Of a DNA stretch of 64,000 nt, positions 34,931-45,300 are shown one piece after another. The stretch's first letter is position 1; each line of letters begins with the position of its first letter. The translations under genes were made by a program, and so were the position numbers. The notes beneath the pieces are model-generated. The model was not told the origin of the DNA and made no database searches. It saw only the letters and a program-made list of their open reading frames with translations. Source of the DNA: Amoebophrya sp. A120 (Eukaryota > Protista > Dinoflagellata); assembly GCA_905178155.1 (NCBI GenBank), contig CAJINV010000001.1:13491712-13555711 (forward strand). Reading direction: 5' to 3'.

Positions 34931-37900
34931 TCACGTCCTCGGAGCGAGCGGTCCGCCGCTCGCGAGTTGCGCAACGCTAGGAAGCGGGTCTCCTGCTTGT
35001 ATGGCTGGCGCGTTACTGCTATTTGCGAGGGGCAAGCCTGTGGGGAGGTCTGTGAGCTCCTGCATGGAACCAGACCCCCCGGCGGGTTGATCCACGGTGG
35101 GCGCGGTCCCGATGGCCACGCCTGTGCCGGGTGCGGAACCAATCACGGCAGCGGAGGAGCTGGAGCTGGCGCCCGAGGTCGGAGACACGGGTATCTTCGC
35201 GGGTGACGCCGTTTGCCTTTCTGTGAAGGCCTCGCGCGGCACTGGGATGCCGGCGCTGGCTTCGTTGCGCACGGTCCCCGTGGTGGCATTGCTCTGTTCC
35301 CGGGTGGGGCGGCCGACGACCGTTAATGTGCGCCCATTCCTCGGACCGCCGGTCTGCGGGTCACGCACCATCTGCTCCATCTGTTTTTGTAGTCAGCGAA
35401 AGACTTTCCGTACACAATGGTAGTCAAAAAAATGAAGACAACTCGGCAAGGACCAAACACTAAACCATAAGTGAAAATGGTCCGTAGAATAACAACAATT
35501 TCGTACCTGTTTTTCCAGGCCCCTCCGTTTCCTCTGTTCGAGCAAAAACAGCACGATGACGGTGATCGCGACGAGCAGCGCAATGCCGAACGCGATAGAA
35601 AGCCCTAAAATTTGTGCCGTGTCTGCGTCCACCGTGTAGGCGCCGCTGCCGGTCAGCGTGGAAATCCGCGACTCCGTGTTTATGCTTGTGTAGTCACTGT
35701 TCGCGTTTGTCGCACCCATCGCGGTGACGATGTCCCCGTTGCTGTTCGTCCTGGAGTTCGCCTCTGTGCCCATCACACTGTACGCCCCCGTGAACTTCAG
35801 GTCGGAGGCGATCGGGGACAAAACGCCGCGGTGCAGCAGGCTGGTGGGCGTGGAGTGCTGCCGGAGCAGCATGTCCAGCATGGTCAGTGGGGAGGGACTC
35901 AGCTTGTCCGGTAAGATTTCTAAATTCACCTCCACCGAGTCCACCATTTGGTAGACCGCTGTGATGGGGAAGCGCTTGTGCCCGCCGGGCACCCGAAGCG
36001 CGGACGCCAAGCCGTGCTGCAACGTGGCCTGCAGGTGCTCCAGCGAACTCATGCCCTGCGGCACGCCCAGCAGCTTGGTCACGTCGTCGTAGGTGCGCTT
36101 GATCTCGACCGTGAGCAACACGATGGGGTCCGCGGAGCTCGCGTCAAAAAACCGGTCCGCGTCCGAATTCCCGGGAATGTACTGCGGCTCCGACTGCACC
36201 AGCCAGAGTTTGTTGTTGCGCACCACGTCCGCCTTGCGGCTCGACGCACCGATGGTGACGCCCATGGTGATGGTGGAGTGCTCGATGTAGAACCGGTCCC
36301 CGCGTATCCTGCTGGGGAACACCTTCTGAGCCCCGCTGTTCCGCTTGTACGTGACCGGCAAATCGGACTGCTGGAAGGTATTCGCGTGCTCGCCGATTTT
36401 GCGCGGCACGGAGTGCAAGCCGGTCCCCTGGTCGTAGCTGCCCACGTCGTACACGACGAAGCCGTCGGTGTTCATGGTAACCAGGCAAACGTTGTCCTTC
36501 GTGCAGGCGATGTCCCGGCCCTCCGCCCCGACTTGAATCGGCAGACGGATCACGGAATGAATGCTCATAAACTGCACCCAGGCCTGTTTTGCAGAAAGGT
36601 TTTCTTGATGCGGCTGCTTCGACGATTGCAAAAACGAGTGTCTTCGAACAGCGCGACAACAAAGAGAACACGAAAAATAAAGTTTGAGAACAATCTATTC
36701 TGAAAACTATGTTTCCATATCAAGACCTACGCATAGCATACTACCTGCGTTTCCGCTTCGGGCGTGTCCCACTTCCCGCCCTGCAAAGGGCGATTTGGCG
36801 GGTGCGCGGAGTCCAACAGGTAGAGCTCGCTGCCCGCACTGCCCTCGCAGGTGAATAAAGCGCAGTGCCAAGTCAATAAATGGATGCTGCCGTCCGCGTT
36901 GGTGGTCATGGCGCCCAGCCCGCTGTCCGCGTCCTCCCAGTCGGCCTTGAGTTCCTTGATGATCTTCCAGTCCGATAGGTCCGTCGTGTCGTAGACCTCG
37001 ATCGTGTTCCCGTGGTGGTGGTTGATGAAACTGGTGTAGTACCGGTTGTTCCGCTTAAAATCCACCACGTGGTAGTCCCGGTAGATGCTGTCCTCGCAAC
37101 TGGGCCGCAAAGACCCGGCCAGCGGCTTGTGCTCCGGCATCGCGGTGTCCATATTGGAGGTGCTGAACACCCGGACCTGCCGCTTGCTCTCGTAGTTCGG
37201 CTCCACGTTGCTGGCGTGGTTCGCGTTGGGGTCCGTGTAGGGGTCGGTGCAGACGAACAAAATCTGCCGGATCTCGCTGGGCTCCATGTAGGTGACGGCG
37301 CCAAAAATCTTGTGGTGGATCTTCTCCGTGCCGGTGTTTGCCTCGATCACCCGCACCCCACCGGAGCTCGCGGACACGGACTCGGCGACGGTGCTGCCGC
37401 CCACCTGGGGGCCCATCTTGAGCGTCAGCGAGTTGGCGTCGAGCGAAGTCATGGTGGCAGAGTCCAAGTGGGACACGAGGGCGACGGGAATCAGATCCGT
37501 CCGAGACCGCTCCGCGGAATACAGCGACACCGCCAAATGCAGATCGTCAATGTCCGTCGTACTGCTGTCCTCCACGTAAAGCAGCAACCCCTTACCACCG
37601 GACCAGAGGCAGTACCTGGATTGTGTGTGTGTTTTTTGGAAATTTCAAATTTCAGTTGCAGTGTTGTTTCCTTCTTAACACATAGATGAAGTAGAGCTGC
37701 TTTTTCTCAACATAAATCAAACAAACCTGTATTTCACGCTGACGCTGCAATCCGCGTCCCTTTTCGCGACGCAGAACTTGCCTGCCATACCCGCCATTTT
37801 CGGTAACAGTGCCTCATATTGCGCTAAGTCCACTGCCGCGAGCCCGCCCGCGTTGTTGGGGTGGAAGGGGCTGTCCGCAGCGGCGCTGGGGAGGGAGGGA

Positions 37901-40900
37901 CACCCGTTGCTGTCCATCTTCTTTGCCACCCCACTGACCTCGGTCTGCAGCGTGTACAGGGTCATGTTCAGATTGGAGATCAACAAATCTTCAATCGATA
38001 TGAAACTCACCTGCTGGATGTTGTCCAACGGGAGAAATCTGGGCGCGGTGGACCCGATTTGCGTGGAAATACCCCGCGGACACACGCCTGAATTTGATAT
38101 TTTGCAGCTCAGGTTTCTTCATTTTCGAAATTCCATCAATAGCAGTGTCTCACTTCAGTTTCCTCATTATCAAGCTGTGATCAGCAATTTTGAACCCCCA
38201 AAGGGACGAAGTGAAGTAAAGACTACGCACAACAAGAAATGAATACAGCCTATTATCTACCTGCAGACGACCAGGGGTATCCCTCCTTGATGCAGCTGCA
38301 TTCCGCGATCCCCGCGTTGCTGTTCAGCAGGTCCAGCGAGATCCGCGCCTCGTAGACAAAGGGCCCGTTCTTCGGCACGATGACCTCCAAGCTCCCGCAG
38401 GAGGTCTGCCAGGAGGTCACCTTTTCCACCGTGTCGTCCTTTTTCACCTTCCACATGTACACGTACTCCTTGTCGTCCCGGCGCTTCGCGTAGGAAAAGT
38501 CATCGTGCGCCTGGCCGACCAGGTACTCCTCCAGGGGGTCGTCTACGTCGGGCGAGTGCCACACGTTGAACGCCTGGTGGTTATGAGAGTGCACAACTCC
38601 CCCTCCCCCTCATTTGTATAGGATGAACAGCAATACAAACACCAGCACACGTGGCGCCTATGCATGACAAATTTACGCATACGCACCTGATGTAGCAATG
38701 TTTGGGCTTTTCATGCAAACAGTGCCACAGAGCAGCGACTGGATTTGGGATTTTGCATGACAATGCGGGGGAGAGGGATTTCCGCACTGTCATAGTGGTG
38801 GATGGCGAGCGACATCGTGTCGGTGTCGTCCAGCGTGACGATGTTTCTCGGGTTATCCTGTGTAAAAACGTCCCCACCCCAGAGTTGCAATGCAAATCTG
38901 CATGCCAAAAAAGTTTCTCATGCGGAGCCACATGAGAAGCGTTTTCTAGTCGTGTTTTGGAATTTGTGATGCTAAAACAACCGCACCGACATTGCCATTG
39001 TCCATTATCGCTGGGGAGGCTTTGGAATTTGTGATGCTATAATCAGCACGATATGCTGGATCTGTGTTGCTGCTGAACTAGCTACACAGGACCACACCAC
39101 GAGGGCAGACTTGTCATGCGAAACAACCAAAGCTGGCTGATTTGTGTAGCAGATTTCCCATCTTGACTCTGGTGTGGGGAAACTTTTATTCAGGATACGG
39201 GTGGTGGAAGCTGTACAGGCTGTGGTCGGGGCACTTCCCGTCGATGGGACTGTGCAACCCGCGGGCGCAGTGCTCCTGGGGCATGCAGACACCCCGCACG
39301 CCGGACTTCGGCTGGGGGCCGCAGTACCGCACCCCGCGGAGCAGCAGGCACTCGCTGTAGTCACCGCAAAACTCGCCACTGCTGCAGTCGTCGTTGCCGT
39401 TGCACTGCATCGCACACTCGCCGTCAATCGTGCGGGAAGCCGTGCAGTAGCTGTGGTCGAGGCAGAAGCCGCCTGTGAGTTAGATTTAGGACGAAGCTTT
39501 TGCCAGTCAGTATGAAATTTTTGCGCAGAACCATCAAATTTTTAGAAACAGACTTCTTTTCCGTGTATCAAGAAAGCATAGATACCTTTCACAGGCTCCG
39601 TTCCGCAGTCCGCAAGCGACAGCTCGGACACGCACGAGGCGTGCGCGAGACAGAATTCGCTGGGTGCGCAGTCTGCCTTGGAGGCACAGCCCACGTACGC
39701 CGGGCAGTCGGAAACGCCGTCGTTCGCGATACCGCACCACCTCGCGGCCTCGCAGGTCCCGCCCGCGTTCGTCGGACAAGGGTCGCAGTGCCACGTGTCC
39801 TTCCGATCTGCCGGGAGGGAGTCGTGGTAGTCCTTGCACTTTTGGCAACTCATGCAGTACCGCCCCTCACCACACTCCGTGTGCGACTTGCAGCCGGAAT
39901 CGCGGACGCACGAACCGCCCACGCCGTCGTTGAACGTTTCACAGGCAGCCAAATTCGCGTAGCAGTAGCCGCCACCTGTTTGGCAGGATCGGCTACATGA
40001 AAAATGCATCGCCTTTCACAAAGTGCCAACACCAAAACAACGCAGCGCTTGAGCTGATGAGACAAAAACTTTCTACCAAAAGCAATCGATACCTTGACTT
40101 GGACACACGTGGTCGGCGCAGTAGGTCGCGTCGTTCCTTTCCAGGCACTTTTGGCAATCCCGGCAGTATTCGGACGCGCCGCAGTCGCTGTGCGAGCGGC
40201 AGCCTTTCGCCTGCGGGCAGCCACCACTGGTGGAATCTTTCGCGACTTTGCAGTCCGAGAGCGCACGGCAGAAGCCCACTTTCCCCATGCCCTTGTCGCA
40301 GGGCCCGCAGTCGTGCCCCGGGTGCACCGCCTTGTAGGCGTTGCACTTGGCGCAGGCCATGCAGTACTCTTCCGTGCCGCGCCAGCTCGTCCCGGGGGTG
40401 CCCCCGTAGGCGTTGCAGTCCGCGGTTTTGTCGCAACCGGCAAAGCTGCTGGGACACGCGCCGCCGAGGTAGTCCGCGTGCTTGTGGCAGTGGAACACGG
40501 GCTTGCACACCCCCACGGTGCTGCTCAGCGTGCAGTCCCCGTTGCAAGTGCTGCTGCCGGTCTGCGTCTTGCACTTGTCGCACGACATACAGTAGTGGTT
40601 CGCCGCGCAGTCCTGGTGTTTGGTACACGTCTGCGGGGCGTACGGCGCCAAGCCCCGGCGCCTGGTAGCGTACTTGAAGAAGGGATTTCTCCCACCGTCG
40701 GGCAGATCGACTACACTATCGAACAGAGTTACTTCCCCCGACCGCGGATCCACGTCGACCTGATCTTTAATGCCCAAAACGCGCACTCGGAATAAAGCCT
40801 TCCGGCGTTCGTAATCCTCGTCCACGGGCCTCGCACTTTCGAGCTTTCGCCGATGCAACGGACCAGCTTCGTTTCTTTCTCGACCTTCAAGCGCGTGCCT

Positions 40901-41488
40901 TTGCGCCTTTTTCCTTTCTGCAGCAGCCTCGGATGCAACCAGTGCCGCGGACTCGTCAGTAAACCACGACCTTGCTATAGTACCTCCGCGACTTCCAGCG
41001 CCTTGCTGCAGTTCCGGTCCGAGAAGTTGTGTCCTTGATGGTGCAACATCCGAACGAGAACCTTCATGTCGCTCTCTTGAACTACTGCTTCTCGCCAAGC
41101 CGCTGCGCAGATTTCGCTTTATTTTTCCGACAGATAAATCTTCACTATTTCGCCTGGTTCTCCCGATCGCATCTTCGACCGCAGTGTGAAAGTCCGACTT
41201 GATGCCCTTGTCCCGTAACCTCGGTCTCTTCCTGTATCCACGCAGCCCAATGTCCTGGATCTCCACAATTTCGTCTTCATTTTCCAGCACCACTGGCGGC
41301 GAGGGTACCGGTTTTGCACCGCGTACAAGCTGCACCGCCGCGTGGGGTCCTTGAGTTGATGTCGTTGCGGAAAAAGCACAGAGAACCAGCGCAGCGGCAA
41401 CCGTTTTGCTTGTATAATTCAAACGACCACCCGACGAGCTGCAGCTGCGGGACGTGCCCGTCAACAACGAATGTTCTTTGCCGGACAT
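34931..41488 (-). CDS. 1729-aa type I membrane/surface protein with tandem Cys-rich modules, a beta-rich middle, a TM helix and a cytoplasmic tail; 9 exons (41488-40093, 39975-39586, 39472-39199, 38849-38796, 38577-38261, 38087-37727, 37615-36745, 36583-35507, 35380-34931)
   Basis: Signal-like N-terminus, repeated CxxHxDC...YCxxCxKC modules and TM ILGLSIAFGIALLVAITVIVLFLL. Six GT-AG introns and two TIR introns give 5190 nt in frame. Confidence 0.85.
38582..38794. mobile_element. Introner-like TIR element (218-nt intron, about 38578-38795; no GT or AG in any register)
   Basis: TIR TATGAGAGTGC / TATGACAGTGC followed by C-tracts; perfect duplication GTGGT at 38577-38581 and 38795-38799. Confidence 0.9.
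38854..39197. mobile_element. Introner-like TIR element (intron 38850-39198, GT...CC)
   Basis: TIR TATCCTGTGTAAAAACGTCCCCACCCCAGAGT / TATCCTGAATAAAAGTTTCCCCACACCAGAGT; perfect duplication CGGGT. Confidence 0.9.
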
Positions 41489-42380
41489 CTTTGGTGGAGA
41501 CCGAAATTGTACAGCGCACTAGAGCTTGAATGAACTCAACGCTTTAACTTTATGGACACCAGAAATAAAATAGAGGTGCGTGCATATAACAAAATTTTTT
41601 GGGTGGACTAAGAGCTACGGGGACCGAAAGAGGACATCTACGGGTAGAGAGCAGCAAAAGCCCTGCGAAATTGAGAAATTCAGGTACAAGTGACCGAATT
41701 AGATTGAATGAGATGAACCTAAAAATCAATCCTCGATGGGAATCAGAGTAAATCGTTTAATATGGCAAAAAATACAAAAAAAAAAGCACACAGTTGCTTC
41801 GACTGAAATGACCGATGCTTATCCTGTCTAGCAGAAGGGTTTTTGAATCTTGTTGGTTTTCTACCAGCTCAAAACGAACACATTACTCTTCTGTTGGCTG
41901 CCGATAGCACAGCCATCGCCAGAATATTGAGCCGACAAGCAGCCCTTTCTTTCATCATTGAGTAGCGCTCTTCTGTCTCTTCGTTCTTTTCATTCATCGC
42001 CGACCGAAAAATGGTGGCTAAGGTGAAAATCTAAAACTTAGAGGGACGTCCTACATTCGCGGCCGCGAATGCGGTGAAACTGTTACTTTCGACTTTTCCA
42101 TTTCAAATGAGTAATTCAACCAGGTGAAGATCATCTGCGCGCTGCCCGTCTTGGCGCAAGAAGTCACCTAGACAAAACCTCTCCGTCGTGCTGAAGCCAA
42201 GCGAATCGAAATCCACTTCTCCAGACAGCTCGTAATATTTTGCAGGACTGCGCAAGAAATCGGAAGTCGCTGATGAGTCAACCTGTCGTCGTCGCTGCCA
42301 CTTGGAAGTGGTGATGCTGCTGTTAGTGTTACACAAATTTACTGCCTTCTCCTTCACAACAGCTTTTCCTATTCCTTCCA

Positions 42381-45300
42381 TCACCCTTCCTTGACGTCGA
42401 GCGTGACCGCGTGCTCTTGATCCACACCCTGGTAGCTGTCGCACATGAGATACAGCTTGTAGTCGCGCTGACCGACGTCCTCGCCGAGGTCGAATTGCAG
42501 GTTGAATTTCATCGTGGCCTTCGTGAAACTTATCCTCTTGATGGACAGCAGCGCGTTGCTGTGCACGTCCCCCAGCAGCACCCACCAAGACTCGTCCTTC
42601 TCCTTCGGAAACAGCGGGGCGTAGACCGGCTCGGTTACCACGTCGTCTGTTGTGGGTTTGTATGAGATGAGAATTATACTTTGAGCTGTTACTTTTTGTC
42701 CAGCCGAAGCCGAAAAAAAACATCGCCAACGCAATCGCGTAAGGCTGCTCCATAAGGAGGATGGTGGGTGTGAAGAAATGAATGTATTAAAGTAGAAAGA
42801 ACAAAATCTATTTCTCGTCTTATGTAATTTTCAATTACCTTCGTCCATTTCGCGCTCCAGGGTGCAGATGATCTTGCACTTTCCTCCGGCTTCCAGTTGA
42901 TCTGGTTTGTCAACCTTGTAAGCGAGTTCCACACTGGGATACCTATTGCAGGCCGCCGCAATGTCCTTCATCTGCTTGTCGCTGATCGCCTTGCCGAGCA
43001 CCTGCGATGAGGAATGTTGCGGGTGTAAGGTTTCGTCGGTACTTGCATGCAGTATAATGACATTCAAACACCAAAATAAAGGAAAAAAGCAGCGAAATGA
43101 AATTTTTCAGGAAGAACAGACCTCTGTTTCAACAAAAATTCGCAGAAGACGGGATCAGTATATCTACTTACCTTATTTCTGTCGTCGTCTTCCATGTCGG
43201 CGAAGCTGAAAACGTCGTCGACACCGGCTTTCTTCAGCTTCTCAGACAGTATGGGCCCGAGGTGGGGTAGCTGCATCAGCGGAGAATTGGTGTGTAACGT
43301 TGCCTGAACGATCATCTGCGACACCTCCATGGCCATCAGGGACTGTTTCAAGTTTGAATTCGAACTGATCACGTCCACCAGCCCCTGCACCACCCGCAGC
43401 ACGTTCTCCAGCACGAATTTCTGGTCGAACGCCAAGTCAATCGTCAGAGACGCCCGGTTATCAAATGCAAATATGTCTGGGTCTGGAAGAATGGAAGGCT
43501 TGTCATGCTTGTCTGGCATGGCCCATGATGCTTGTAATGCATGACCCAGCATCACAGATTTTTGGAAAGCTTCCTGATACCATTTCCGCATGACAAATGC
43601 CCTCCTCGCGTAGCACAAATGTGGCTCCTCTTGCTGGTCATGCAATACAGAGTTTTTTAGAGTCCAAAGTTAGCATCACAAGTTCCAACTTTCCAGACCC
43701 CGACATTTTTACATTTGATACCGGTGGAAGTGCGCGTAGAGCAGGATTTTCGCCTTCACGGTCGGCCTGATCCGTTCGCCCTTATCCCGAATCGCTTCGC
43801 CCAGGTCTAGGCCGCAGCTGTCTGCGAGCTGCTTCAGCACGTCGTCTTCTCCCTGGCGGAGGGGGAGATACTCGAACTCACTGGCTTCGGCGAGGATGTC
43901 GATAATGCCCTTCCGCTTCGTGGCCTCGCCGACCGACCGGGAAAAGACCTCGATCGTGGTGTACCTGTAGTTGTGTGGGAGTTGGGTCTATATACGTTGG
44001 AAAAAATATTCTCCTGCGGAGTTTGCAATTTTGGTTTGCAAAAGCAAAAAAAACAATCCAAAAACTCTAAAAGCTCCACATAGAAGAAGCAAGAAGTACC
44101 TCAACGCGTAGTAGCTGGCCACGAGCCCGAGGTTTGCGGCGCTGAGATCCACATCGTTTTCCACACAAGTGCACCCCGCCTGCTCCAAGAAGTCGACCGT
44201 CTGCTCGACGATTTCTGACAGGTGGTCGCTCAAGTGCGTGTGCGAGACTCCCTGCAACCCGTAGTAGTTGGGGTTCTGCGCCAATCTCCGGTAGTAGAAG
44301 GTCCAGGTAAGCCAGTCCAGTGCGTCCTGTTTGTTCTCCACGTTCTTCATCACCACCTCGACGTTCAGAATGTCGGCCATGCGCTGGTCTAAATGCGACT
44401 CGACGGGGAGCGGCTCGAAAATGAACTTCTTGTAGTACTCCTTCTTCGAGGCCGGACACAACAAAACGCAGACCCCGGACGCGTCGTCGCTGGGGCGGGA
44501 CGCGCGCCCCATCATCTGCAAAATGTCCGCCACCGGGTAGTCGACGAACCGGCCCTCCTTGCCGTCGTACTTGGTCGTGTCCATCACCACGACCAAGTGT
44601 GCCACGTCCGTCATGCCGTAGCACAGCGATTGGCTCGCGACCAGGACCTGCAACGCTCCGGCACGGTACAGCTTGCACACGAAGTTCATCTCCTCCTGGG
44701 AGAACCCCTCGTGAATGTACCCCACACCGTACTCCAAGCAGTTGCGCAACGACTCCCGGGTCTGCAGAAACGGGTTCTTCAAATACGGTGCGATCGCTTC
44801 GTCCTTCACCCGCAAAAACCGCTTGGGCGTATCGTCGGAGGCCGCGTGAAGCAACAAATCGATCGACGTCAAGCGGCACTGCTTGCGGTCACTCACAAAC
44901 ACGATCACGGGCTTGGTGCCGCTGTTGTTCTTGATCGCCTGGTACACGGGCCGGCTCATGGACTGCAGCCGCGTGATGCGGTTGTGGACGTCAAAGCCGT
45001 GGAACGTCATCTCCAGCGGGATGGCGCGCACGTTCGGCGAAAAGTTGAACAGCGTCTGGAAGCTCGCGCCCAACCACTCCGCGAGGTCCTTCGCGTTCGC
45101 CAACGAGGCCGCGAACCCGATGATGCGCAGGTTGTTCTGCGTCTGCATGTGCAAAAACCGCATCCGGGACACGACCGCCTCGTAGATGGGCCCGACTTCC
45201 GCGTCCTCCAGCAAATGCAGCTCGTCGCAGAGCAGCAGATTCAGCTCCTGCACCACCTGGCCCTTCTTCTGCTTGTGACGGCGACTGATCATGTCGAACT

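Noticed and set aside
38574-39205. One 616-bp element with an 8-bp duplication (ACCACCCG/ACCACCAG)
   Set aside because: The outer ends are not inverted repeats of each other. Two elements with perfect 5-bp duplications and an in-frame micro-exon explain the region better.
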